Shown: piece by piece, positions 9,389-20,994 of the stretch
How positions within the stretch are numbered: position 1 is the first letter of the stretch
How the letters are laid out: each line of letters starts with the position of its first letter
Source: Solirubrobacterales bacterium
Lineage (GTDB): Bacteria > Actinomycetota > Thermoleophilia > Solirubrobacterales > JACPNS01
Assembly: GCA_049276635.1 (NCBI GenBank)
Contig: JBASWU010000049.1
Location: 12,981 to 76,980, forward strand
Reading direction: 5' to 3'
DNA: 64,000 nt
Notes under the pieces: generated by a model
What the model was told of the DNA's origin: nothing
What the model saw: only the letters and a program-made list of their open reading frames with translations
Databases searched by the model: none
Translations under genes and position numbers: made by a program

Positions 9389-9427
9389 TAACCGGGCGGC
9401 CCGGCAAGCCGACGAGCCGGCCCGAAG

Positions 9428-12385
<2,958 letters not shown>

Positions 12386-12393
12386 CTGAATCG

Positions 12394-12399
12394 AGGATA
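12394..12399 (-). promoter_or_regulatory. Possible -10 hexamer in leaderless geometry for uvrA
   Basis: The minus strand reads TATCCT, then 8 nt, then ATG(12385). There is no Shine-Dalgarno sequence. The same TATCCT hexamer sits 7 nt before the hrcA ATG. Confidence 0.3.
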
Positions 12400-12482
12400 T
12401 GCGGAGCCGCGCCGATACCTCGCGATACCGCCCAGCCGCCGCTTGTCGTGGGGTTTGGCGATCATAGGGGTCGCGCCGGAGG

Positions 12483-12496
12483 GAACGTGTGTTCGA
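12483..12496. promoter_or_regulatory. SOS-box-like palindrome GAAC-N4-GTTCGA
   Basis: gGAACgtgtGTTCGA lies between the vapC stop and the uvrA start. It matches the Gram-positive/actinobacterial LexA core GAAC-N4-GTTC. The left flank is GG rather than TC. Confidence 0.35.
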
Positions 12497-12523
12497 TTCT
12501 GACGATCCGATCGCCTGTCGGCG

Positions 12524-12979
12524 CTACGTGACCGCCGGGTAGGTCGGGTCGGCCGGATCGACCGCGTCGATAAAGCCGAACTGCTCGAAGGCCGCGACGT
12601 TGTCCGTTAACAGCTTTGAGATTCCGAGTCGCCGCAGGCGCGCCGCCTGCAACGCGTCCGTGATCTGATCGCGGTCGAGTCCGTGGTCGCGGATCAGTGC
12701 GAAGGCGGCGACGAAGTCGTCGGCGTCGATCTCCGCGATCTCCACATTCGACGACGCGGCGAATGAGTTGCACAGCGCCACCGCCTCGTCGAGCGTCGGC
12801 GCGTTCTCGAACCGGCGCGGATCGGTGACGGTGTCGACGAAGTCGGTCAGCACGGTCGCGGTCAGCACCATCACGCCGTCGCCGAGCACCGTTTCGATCG
12901 CACGAATGCAGGCGTCCTGGCTCGGTCCGTGGCCGGCGTAAGCGCTCACCAGCACACCGCTGTCGACGGCGACCTTCAC
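12524..12979 (-). CDS. vapC: PIN-domain ribonuclease toxin (VapC-like)
   Basis: 151 aa. It has an N-terminal VDSGVL acidic residue and later ITDALQAA and LLTDNVAAF acidic positions typical of PIN. The GTG start overlaps the upstream stop (GTGA). Confidence 0.75.
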   Translation of the reverse strand: MKVAVDSGVLVSAYAGHGPSQDACIRAIETVLGDGVMVLTATVLTDFVDTVTDPRRFENAPTLDEAVALCNSFAASSNVEIAEIDADDFVAAFALIRDHGLDRDQITDALQAARLRRLGISKLLTDNVAAFEQFGFIDAVDPADPTYPAVT

Positions 12980-13170
12980 CCGCCGCCGCGCGGCCGCACG
13001 CCCGGGAACGGAGTCACGCGGTCGAGCCGGCGCACGCTGCCGATTCGCTCGTCGCGGTAACGGACCATCGCCTCGCGAATCAGGCTCGCGATCGACTTGC
13101 CGGTCCGCGCCGATTCGGCCCGAAACGCCTCGTAGTCATTTTCCGATACTGAAAGTGATATTGTTTTCAT
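12976..13170 (-). CDS. vapB: Ribbon-helix-helix antitoxin (VapB/CopG-like)
   Basis: MKTISLSVSENDYEAFRAESARTGKSIASLIREAMVRYRD gives an N-terminal beta strand plus two helices. An alternative GTG start at 13203 follows GGGAGGGAGG. An AT-rich imperfect inverted repeat ACTGATAT-N7-ATATCACT spans the ATG. Confidence 0.7.
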   Translation of the reverse strand: MKTISLSVSENDYEAFRAESARTGKSIASLIREAMVRYRDERIGSVRRLDRVTPFPGVRPRGGG

Positions 13171-13293
13171 ATCAGTAACGATATCGGTTTTCGCGGGAAG
13201 CACCAGCCGACCTCCCTCCCGGGTCAAACTGGGACGGCGATTGCGGATCTAGAACTCACGGGCGTTACGGAAATCTCACGCAGGAACGCAAAA

Positions 13294-13313
13294 GGCCCCG
13301 CTCCGGCGGGGCC
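13294..13313. terminator. Bidirectional intrinsic terminator downstream of uvrB
   Basis: GGCCCCGC-tccg-GCGGGGCC hairpin flanked by AAAA (5') and TTTT (3'). It lies 60 nt after the uvrB stop. Confidence 0.75.
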
Positions 13314-13372
13314 TTTTCATGTCAAGGTTCGATCCTGTTGTCCTCATTGGATCAAGAGGAGAAGGACCCCGG

Positions 13373-15349
13373 CTAGAGCCGAGCGTTGAGCTCTTTTAGT
13401 TCGTCGCGCAGCTCGGCGGCGCGTTCGAAGTGCAGTTGTTCGGCGGCGGCGAGCATGTCTTCTTCGAGCGTCGCGATCTTGGCGTGCAGCTCGTCGTCGG
13501 AGAGGCCGGCGATCTCGGTCTCTCGCTTGGCCTTGGCGGCCTTGCGCGCCGGCAGCTTCGATCCGCCGGTGATGAAATCGCTCATCTCGCCCACGCGTTT
13601 TTTGACCGTGGTCGGGGTGACGCCGTGCTCGGCGTTGTAGGCGACCTGTTTGGCACGGCGGCGGTCGGTCTCGGCGATCGTCGCCTCCATCGCGCGGGTC
13701 ATGCGGTCGGCGTACATCATCACGGTGCCGTCGACGTTGCGCGCGGCGCGGCCGACGGTCTGCAGCAAGGCGGTCTCGCCGCGCAGGAAACCCTCTTTGT
13801 CGGCGTCGAGAATCCCGACCAGCGAGACCTCGGGCAGGTCGAGCCCCTCGCGCAACAGATTCACGCCGACCAGCACGTCGAACTCTCCGAGGCGCAGATC
13901 GCGGATGATCTCGATGCGTTCGAGCGTGTCGACATCCGAGTGCAGGTAACGCACCTTGAAGCCGAGTTCGGTCAGGTACTCAGTTAGATCCTCGGCCTGT
14001 TTTTTGGTCAGCGTGGTAACCAGTGTGCGGTCGTCGACCTCGACCCGCTTGCGGATTTCGTTCATTAGATCGTCGACCTGGTTGCGCGTCGGGCGCACGA
14101 TGATCGCCGGATCGACGACGCCGGTCGGGCGCACGATCTGCTCGGGGATCCGCGACGAGTGGTCGCGCTCGAAGTCGCCCGGCGTCGCGCTGACGAAGAT
14201 CACCTGGTTGACGATCTCCATGAACTCGTCGAACGTCTGCGGCCGGTTGTCGAGCGCGCTGGGCAGGCGGAAGCCGTAGTCGACCAGCGTCTCCTTGCGC
14301 GACCGGTCGCCGGCGTGCATGCCGCGGATCTGCGGCACCGTCTGGTGCGACTCGTCGATCAGCGTGACGAAATCGTCGGGGAAGTAATCGAGCAGGCAGA
14401 ACGGACGCTCGCCCGGCTCGCGCCCGTCGAGGTGGCGTGAGTAGTTCTCGATCCCGCTGCAAAAGCCGAGCTCGCGCATCATCTCCATGTCGTAACGGGT
14501 GCGCTGGGCGAGCCGCTGAGCCTCGAGCGCCTTGCCCTGCCGCTCGAAGACCTGCAGTTGCTCCCGCAACTCGGCGCCGATCGTGCCGAGCGCGCGCTCA
14601 ATCGTGTCGCGCGAGGTGGCGTAGTGAGTCGCCGGCCACAGCGAGACGTAGTCGATCTTGCCGAAGTGCTCGCCGGTCATCGGGTCGAAGCGCTCGATCG
14701 ACTCGATCTCGTCGCCGAACAGCTCGATCCGATATGCGCTGTCGGCGTAGGCCGGATACAACTCGACGGTGTCGCCGCGAACGCGAAACGAACCGCGCTC
14801 GAGCACGGTGTCGTTGCGGCGGTACATCATGCCGACGAGCTTTTCGAGCACCAGCTCACGCGGCGCCTGCTCGCCGATGGCGAACATCAGGTGCGAGGCC
14901 TCATAGGCCGACGGCGCTCCCAGGCCGAAGATGCAGCTGACCGAGGCAACCACGATCGTGTCGCGCCGCGTGAACAGCGCCGCCGTCGCCGCGTGGCGCA
15001 ACCGGTCGATCTCCTCATTTACCTGGCTGTCCTTGTCGATGAACAGATCTTTGCTCGGGACGTAGGCCTCCGGCTGGTAGTAGTCGTAGTAGCTGACGAA
15101 GTACTCGACCGCGTTGTCGGGAAAGAACTCGCGCAGCTCGTTGCACAGCTGCGCCGCGAGCGTCTTGTTATGGGCGATCAACAGCGCCGGACGCTGTACC
15201 CGCTCGATCACCGTGGCCATCGTGAAGGTCTTGCCGGTCCCGGTCGCGCCGAGCAGAGTCTGGAATCGGTCGCCCGCGTTTAACCCCTCGACCAGAGCGT
15301 CTCGCGCCGCCGGCTGGTCGGCGAGCGGCGTGTACTCGGTGTTCAGCAC
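13373..15349 (-). CDS. uvrB: Excinuclease ABC subunit B
   Basis: 658 aa. GDQP-like [15 protein letters not shown], a DESH box ([10 protein letters not shown]) and a C-terminal UVR domain ([18 protein letters not shown]). Confidence 0.97.
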   Translation of the reverse strand: MLNTEYTPLADQPAARDALVEGLNAGDRFQTLLGATGTGKTFTMATVIERVQRPALLIAHNKTLAAQLCNELREFFPDNAVEYFVSYYDYYQPEAYVPSKDLFIDKDSQVNEEIDRLRHAATAALFTRRDTIVVASVSCIFGLGAPSAYEASHLMFAIGEQAPRELVLEKLVGMMYRRNDTVLERGSFRVRGDTVELYPAYADSAYRIELFGDEIESIERFDPMTGEHFGKIDYVSLWPATHYATSRDTIERALGTIGAELREQLQVFERQGKALEAQRLAQRTRYDMEMMRELGFCSGIENYSRHLDGREPGERPFCLLDYFPDDFVTLIDESHQTVPQIRGMHAGDRSRKETLVDYGFRLPSALDNRPQTFDEFMEIVNQVIFVSATPGDFERDHSSRIPEQIVRPTGVVDPAIIVRPTRNQVDDLMNEIRKRVEVDDRTLVTTLTKKQAEDLTEYLTELGFKVRYLHSDVDTLERIEIIRDLRLGEFDVLVGVNLLREGLDLPEVSLVGILDADKEGFLRGETALLQTVGRAARNVDGTVMMYADRMTRAMEATIAETDRRRAKQVAYNAEHGVTPTTVKKRVGEMSDFITGGSKLPARKAAKAKRETEIAGLSDDELHAKIATLEEDMLAAAEQLHFERAAELRDELKELNARL

Positions 15350-15517
15350 GAACTTGCCTGTGGTCGCGGTGGCGATCGCTTCAGGTTACGAATTCGCCGG
15401 GCCGAACCTGCCGGTCGGCGGCCGGCCGGTCGCCGTCCCCGCTTTGCGGGCGATTAGCATCGTCTGTCATTTCGGCACAACCGAGGCCTCGGACGACCGG
15501 GCCCACGGAGGAACGGC

Positions 15518-16528
15518 TTGATCAACGTTCGCTCGATAAAACCTGTCCTGGCCTGCGCGCTGGCGCTCTGCGTCCCGGCGACGCCGGCAGGCGCGGCGCA
15601 GCTCGGCGAGATCGCGCCCGCGGGCGTCGACGACGTTGGCGGAGCCGGCGTCACCGTCGTCCAGATCGCGAGCGACGGGACACCCTCCTACGCAGTCCCG
15701 TCGGAGGGCGCTATAACGGCCTTTTACATCCGGACCGGCTCGGTTATTCACCCTGATGATTCGGTGAGACTGCGGATCTTCCGGCCGGCCGGCGCCGACC
15801 TCTACACATTGGCGACCGAAAGCGACGTCCAGCCGCTCGCCGGCCGGCCGCCGGGCGCGCGAGTCGGTTTTCCCGTGTCGATCGCGGTCAGGGCCGGCGA
15901 TCTGCTCGCCGGGGAGTACGTGTCGGGCATCGGCGGCAACACCACGATCGCCTACGCGTCGGCGTTCCCCGGCGACCGAACGGCGAGAATCAACGGGGCG
16001 CCGGTCAGTCCCGGGCAAACCGTCGCCGGCGATCCGCCGGTGTCCGGCCGGCGCATCAATCTCGAGGCCACATTCGAGCCGGCCTTCACACCCGCGCCGA
16101 TCGACACGTTCCCACCGGTGATCACGCGCCTGAAAACCGCGTACAAGCGATTTCGCGTCAAGCACAACGGTCTCGTCATCGCCAAACGCGCCCACCCGGG
16201 AACGACTTTCGGCCTCAATCTCTCGGAGGCGGCGACGGTGCGATTCGACGTTGACAAGGGCTTCCGCGGCAAGATCGCCGGCGCGCGGTGCGTCCGGCCG
16301 ACGCGCCGGAACGCGCGCCGGAGATCATGTACCCGCTACGTCGCCGTCCATAGCTTTACCCGCCCGCTGGCAACCGGCCCAAACGCCATCCCCTACTCGG
16401 CGCGCTATGCCAGCCGGGGCCGGACCGGGACCCTGCGACCGGGGCCGTTCAGGCTGACGGCGACGGCGACCGACCACGCCGGAAACGCCGGCTTCGCGGC
16501 GTCGATTCGCTTCAAGATTCGGCGTTGA
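15518..16528 (+). CDS. Secreted hypothetical protein
   Basis: TTG start 5 nt after GGAGGA. Signal peptide KPVLACALALCVPATPAGAAQ. The C-terminal module ends ...RLTATATDHAGNAGFAASIRFKIRR. I recognise no catalytic motif. Confidence 0.6.
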   Translation: MINVRSIKPVLACALALCVPATPAGAAQLGEIAPAGVDDVGGAGVTVVQIASDGTPSYAVPSEGAITAFYIRTGSVIHPDDSVRLRIFRPAGADLYTLATESDVQPLAGRPPGARVGFPVSIAVRAGDLLAGEYVSGIGGNTTIAYASAFPGDRTARINGAPVSPGQTVAGDPPVSGRRINLEATFEPAFTPAPIDTFPPVITRLKTAYKRFRVKHNGLVIAKRAHPGTTFGLNLSEAATVRFDVDKGFRGKIAGARCVRPTRRNARRRSCTRYVAVHSFTRPLATGPNAIPYSARYASRGRTGTLRPGPFRLTATATDHAGNAGFAASIRFKIRR

Positions 16529-16626
16529 GCAAACGGGCGATCAGATCCGTCGGCGCGACCTGAGCGCGATCGGCGCCGCGCCTCCGGACAGCCGGGGGCC
16601 CGAGAGGCCCGACGGGGGCCCGTTGG

Positions 16627-17847
16627 TTAAGCGGCACGCTCGGCGCGCGCAGGCCCGCCGTCGCCCCAGCGTTTGAGCACCCGGCGGCGCGCACGCGGCT
16701 GAATGTTCGCGAGCAGGACGTCGCCGCGGTAGTGAGCGACCAGTCGTTTGTCCATCACGGCTCGCCATACCGGCGAGCAGAGCGCCAGGACGATCATCGT
16801 CGCGTAGCCCGACGGCAGCTGCGGCGCCTCGTCGATGTGCAGCAGCGCCTGATAACGCCGCGTCGGGTTGGCGTGGTGGTCACTGTGGCGCTGAAGGTGG
16901 TAAAGAAACACGTTCGACCATTGGTTGTTGCTGTTCCAGCTGTGCGCCGCGCGGCAGCGCTCGTAGCGGTCGCCGTCGGCGTGCTGGCGCAGCAATCCAT
17001 AGTGCTCGATGTAATTGACCACCTCGAGCAGGCAGAATCCGACGACGCCCTGGATCACGAGGTAGGGAAGCACGACCCAGCCGAAGATCGCCGTCAGTCC
17101 GCCGAACAGCACGAGACTCATCAACCAGGCGTTGAGGATGTCGTTATTGATCGTCCACCGGCTCCTGCCCAGCCGCTCGAAGCGCGTGTTCTCGAGACGC
17201 CAGGCCGAGCGCAGGCTGCCGATCACGGTACGCGGCAGAAACATCCAGAAAGACTCCCCCATACGTGCGCTGGCCGGATCCTCCGGTGTCGAGACGCGCA
17301 CGTGATGTCCGCGATTGTGCTCGATGAAGAAGTGTCCGTACCAGGTCTGAGCGAGTGCGATCTTTGCCAGCCAGCGTTCGAGTTTGGGCTTTTTGTGCCC
17401 GAGTTCGTGAGCCACCGCGATCGCGACTCCGCTGACCATCGCCACGGTGAACGCCAGTCCGATCTTGTCCGCGGTGGAGATCTCCCAGGTCGACCAGACC
17501 CAGCAGGCCCAGACCAGCGACGCGTACTGAAGCGGCAGGAACAGGTATGTCAGGCTGCGGTAATACCGGTCGTTTTCGAGCCACTCAATCAGGCTGTCGG
17601 GTGGATTGGAACCGTCGAGCCCGGCGATCGTGTCGGCGAACGGGAAGATAATGAAAATGATGATCGGCCCGTACCAGAAGCTGATACCCAAGTCCGTCAG
17701 CGCATACAGAGCACCGGCGCCGAAGGGGATCGTCGGGACGAGCAGGCCGAACATCCACGCGTATCGCTTGCGATCGTGCCAGGTGAGGTCGGCGGGCGAG
17801 GCGTCCGGAACGTCTGCGATGTCTATTTCGGTGGGATACAGGGACAT
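16627..17847 (-). CDS. alkB: Alkane 1-monooxygenase (integral-membrane di-iron, AlkB family)
   Basis: Three His boxes (HELGHKK, EHNRGHH, LQRHSDHHA) plus the NYIEHYGL motif, with multiple TM segments. Confidence 0.9.
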   Translation of the reverse strand: MSLYPTEIDIADVPDASPADLTWHDRKRYAWMFGLLVPTIPFGAGALYALTDLGISFWYGPIIIFIIFPFADTIAGLDGSNPPDSLIEWLENDRYYRSLTYLFLPLQYASLVWACWVWSTWEISTADKIGLAFTVAMVSGVAIAVAHELGHKKPKLERWLAKIALAQTWYGHFFIEHNRGHHVRVSTPEDPASARMGESFWMFLPRTVIGSLRSAWRLENTRFERLGRSRWTINNDILNAWLMSLVLFGGLTAIFGWVVLPYLVIQGVVGFCLLEVVNYIEHYGLLRQHADGDRYERCRAAHSWNSNNQWSNVFLYHLQRHSDHHANPTRRYQALLHIDEAPQLPSGYATMIVLALCSPVWRAVMDKRLVAHYRGDVLLANIQPRARRRVLKRWGDGGPARAERAA

Positions 17848-18041
17848 TTGCCGGAGTTGACGAAGGGCGACCGGTGAAACTGACCGTTACGTCGTTACGT
17901 TGCCTACTGGTGCTGATTCTGCGTTGTCGCGCGGAATTGTGTAAGCGTAGGATCTACGGATTCTCGATCGGTGCCAATCACTGTCGCTTGCCGCTCCGCC
18001 GGTCCGCCCGGTTCCCGCCGAAAGGGTCGCCGGGCCGGCGT

Positions 18042-18668
18042 CTAAAGCGCGAGTTCTCGCGAGTACTCGCGCTCGTACTCGTCGCGCGCCTCGAGCACGT
18101 CCTTGACGTACTTTCGCGTCTCCGGGAAAGGGATCTCGTCGGCGTCGCTGATCTTGCCGCCGGACTTCCCGCTCTCCTGGAGCCAATGCCTGACCCGTCC
18201 CTCGCCGGCGTTGTACGCGGCCAGCGCCGTGATCTCGTCGCCGTCGTACTGGTCGAGCAGATAGGCGAGGTAGTAGGACCCGTAGGCGATGTTGATCTGC
18301 GGCGTCGCGAGGTCTCCGGTCTCGAACTCGGTTCCGCCGCTGAGGCCGGCGATGTATTTCGCGGTCGCCGGCAGGATCTGCATCAGCCCCTGCGCGCCGG
18401 CCGGCGACTCGCGTGGGCGAAAGCCCGACTCGCGATAGATCACCGCGGCGATCAGCGCCGGTTCGAGCTTCTTGTCGCGCGCCTGCTGGCGAATGATGTC
18501 GTCGTGGCGCAGCGGCAGCGCGAGCTCGCGGTAACCCTTCTCGAGTGATCCGGCGATCAGGTATCCAAGGAGCGCCAGCGTCGCCAGCGCGACCACGATC
18601 GCGGTGGCGCGGCGCTTGAGCGTCGCCCGTTTACGCCGGCGGGCTGCTAATGCCGAGCGGCTGTACAC
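18042..18668 (-). CDS. Membrane-anchored lytic transglycosylase (SLT domain)
   Basis: N-terminal TM anchor, then ESGFRP...GLMQILPATA...AYNAGEG, which are SLT catalytic-Glu and signature motifs. Confidence 0.85.
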   Translation of the reverse strand: MYSRSALAARRRKRATLKRRATAIVVALATLALLGYLIAGSLEKGYRELALPLRHDDIIRQQARDKKLEPALIAAVIYRESGFRPRESPAGAQGLMQILPATAKYIAGLSGGTEFETGDLATPQINIAYGSYYLAYLLDQYDGDEITALAAYNAGEGRVRHWLQESGKSGGKISDADEIPFPETRKYVKDVLEARDEYEREYSRELAL

Positions 18669-18706
18669 CGGGCTGATTCTGACAACCCGTGCGGCGAAGG
18701 CCGCCG

Positions 18707-19330
18707 TTAGCGCGCGTCGATCACGTCGAAGACGTCGAGCATTAACGACAGCTGCTCGGCGAGGTCTTCGAGCGACCCGTCGTTTTCGATCACGTAGTCG
18801 GCGCGTTGGGCCTTCTCGGCTGCGCTCATCTGACGAGCGTCACGGGCGCCGAGCTCGGAAATCCCGGTGCCGCGGGCTTCGGCGCGACGTTTGCGCGTCG
18901 CTTCGTCGACCGTGATCGCGACGGTCTTGTCGAACGCCTGGTCGATGCCGGATTCGAACAACAGCGGGACCTCGACGACGATCACGCGTGGTTGCGGGTC
19001 GGCCGCGTCGCCTGCCGCGCGAAAGTCCAGAATCCGCTTACCGACCCGCGGCCAGACCAGTTGCTCGAGCCAGGCCCGCGCGGCGGGGTCGGCGAAGACT
19101 TCCGCCGCGACCGCCTCGCGATCGACCGCTCGATCCTTGACCACGCCCGAGCCGAGACGTTCGGCGACCAGCCCGATCACCTCTGGATCCTCGTAGATCT
19201 CGTGGACGACCTGATCGGCGGACAACGTCGCCGCGCCGAGCTTCTCGAGTTCGGCGAGCGCGGCCGACTTACCGGACGCGATCGTGCCGGTCAGGCCTAC
19301 AAACGGTGGCCGCGGCCGGCCGGCGGTCAT
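18707..19330 (-). CDS. coaE: Dephospho-CoA kinase
   Basis: VGLTGTIASGKSAA P-loop. Immediately downstream of rpsA, as in other actinobacteria. Confidence 0.9.
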   Translation of the reverse strand: MTAGRPRPPFVGLTGTIASGKSAALAELEKLGAATLSADQVVHEIYEDPEVIGLVAERLGSGVVKDRAVDREAVAAEVFADPAARAWLEQLVWPRVGKRILDFRAAGDAADPQPRVIVVEVPLLFESGIDQAFDKTVAITVDEATRKRRAEARGTGISELGARDARQMSAAEKAQRADYVIENDGSLEDLAEQLSLMLDVFDVIDAR

Positions 19331-19332
19331 GC

Positions 19333-20862
19333 CTAGGCGGTGGTCTCGGCTTCGGTCTCGGCTTCGGCCGGGGCGTCTTTCGCGGCCTCGGACTCGGCGT
19401 CGGCGCCGGGCTCGGGTTCGGGTTCGGTGGCTGCCGCGGGATCGGCGTCGGACGCGCCGACGGAATCCGCCACCGGGACCTCGGGTTCCGCGACTAGAGC
19501 CTCGGGCTCGGATGCCAGGGTCTCGGGCGCCGGTTCGGCTTCGGACTCAGGCTCGGGCTCGGGTGCCTGTTCGGCCGCCTCGGAGCCGGGCGCGGTATCG
19601 GCGACCACGGCTTCGGGAGCCTCGACGGCGACTTCAGAATCGGCCGTGACGTCCGCCTCGGACTCGTCGTTAGCCTCGTGGTCGGCTGCTTCGCCGGTGT
19701 CTTCGCCGCCGCCGAGATCGACCGGAATCAGTGTCTGACCCTCGACCTGCTTGGCCGAAAGCGAAAGCCGGCGACGTTCGGTGTCGATCTCGAGGATGCG
19801 GACGCGGACCATGTCGCCCTCGTTGAGAACCTGGCGCGGATTCTCGACGTGCTGCTCGGAAAGCTCGCTGATGTGCACGAGACCCTCGACACCGTTGTAA
19901 ATCTCGACGAAGGCGCCGAACGAAACGATCTTGGTGACGCTGCCCTCGAGCACGTCGCCGACGTGATGGGTGTCGATGACCTTCTGCCACGGGTCTTCTT
20001 GGGTCTGCTTGAGGCCCAGCGAGATGCGCTGGCGGTCGTGATCGATGTCGAGCACCTTGACAGAGACGACGTCGCCGATCGAGACGACCTCGCCCGGGTG
20101 GTTGACGTGGCTCCAGGAGAGCTCGGAAATGTGAATCAGACCGTCGATGCCGTCGAGGTCGACGAACGCGCCGAAATCGACGATGTTGCTGATCGCGCCT
20201 TCGACGACCGAGCCGCGCTCTAGGTTGTCGATGATCTGCTGGCGGACCTCCTTGCGCTCCTCTTCGAGGATCGCGCGGCGGCTGAGTACGACGTTGTTGC
20301 GCGAGCGGTTGAGCTCGATGACCTTGCAGCGGACGGTCTGAGTTTTGAACTCGTCAAGATCCTGTACGCGGCGGATGTCGACGAGCGACGCCGGCAGAAA
20401 TCCACGGATGCCGAGGTCGACGATCAGGCCGCCCTTGACGACCTCGATCACCGTTCCCTCGACCGGCTCGCCGGACTCCGACGCGGCCTCGATCTTGCGC
20501 CACGCCTTCTCGAACTTGGCGCGCTTCTTGGAGAGAACCAGCCGGCCGTCGGCGTCTTCCTTTGTTACGACCAGCGCGTCAACCGTCTCGCCGAGGGAGA
20601 CCTCATCTTCGGGGTTGACGTTCTTGCGAATCGAGAGTTCGTGGACCGGGATCACGCCTTCGGACTTGAATCCGATATCGACGAGCACTTCGTCGCGATC
20701 GATGCGAACGACTTCACCCTGCACCACATCACCGTCTTCGAACGCGACCAGCGTCGCCTCGTAGTTGGGGACGATCTTGCCGTCTATTTCGAGTAGAAGT
20801 CCGTCTGATCCGGGGACTTCGGTGCCGGTGAGGGGCTGGATTTCGGTGATTGTTGTTGACAT
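19333..20862 (-). CDS. rpsA: 30S ribosomal protein S1
   Basis: Four S1 OB-fold repeats (GxVxxIxxFGAFVDL-type) followed by an acidic E/A/P-rich tail of about 120 aa. Confidence 0.95.
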   Translation of the reverse strand: MSTTITEIQPLTGTEVPGSDGLLLEIDGKIVPNYEATLVAFEDGDVVQGEVVRIDRDEVLVDIGFKSEGVIPVHELSIRKNVNPEDEVSLGETVDALVVTKEDADGRLVLSKKRAKFEKAWRKIEAASESGEPVEGTVIEVVKGGLIVDLGIRGFLPASLVDIRRVQDLDEFKTQTVRCKVIELNRSRNNVVLSRRAILEEERKEVRQQIIDNLERGSVVEGAISNIVDFGAFVDLDGIDGLIHISELSWSHVNHPGEVVSIGDVVSVKVLDIDHDRQRISLGLKQTQEDPWQKVIDTHHVGDVLEGSVTKIVSFGAFVEIYNGVEGLVHISELSEQHVENPRQVLNEGDMVRVRILEIDTERRRLSLSAKQVEGQTLIPVDLGGGEDTGEAADHEANDESEADVTADSEVAVEAPEAVVADTAPGSEAAEQAPEPEPESEAEPAPETLASEPEALVAEPEVPVADSVGASDADPAAATEPEPEPGADAESEAAKDAPAEAETEAETTA

Positions 20863-20994
20863 ATCTCGCTAGTAATTTGGTTTTCTGGACAGAACGACGA
20901 AGCGTAGCAATGCCCGGCGGACCGCGAGTATCGGCCACTTTGCGGGTCGCCGCGGTCACGCGCGGCCACCACGCGAGCCGTAAGATGCGACGCG

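Noticed and set aside
13321-13345. tRNA-like T-loop string aaGGTTCGATCCtg downstream of uvrB. A similar string, GTTCGATTC, occurs at 12490.
   Set aside because: The flanking bases do not form a T-stem, an acceptor stem or an anticodon arm on either strand. The 12490 string is part of the GAAC-N4-GTTC palindrome.
19333-19710. Acidic E/A/P-rich tail of about 120 aa on ribosomal protein S1, with short DNA repeats (GGTCTCGGCTTC twice).
   Set aside because: Actinobacterial RpsA proteins commonly carry low-complexity C-terminal extensions. This is compositional rather than indicative of a separate feature.
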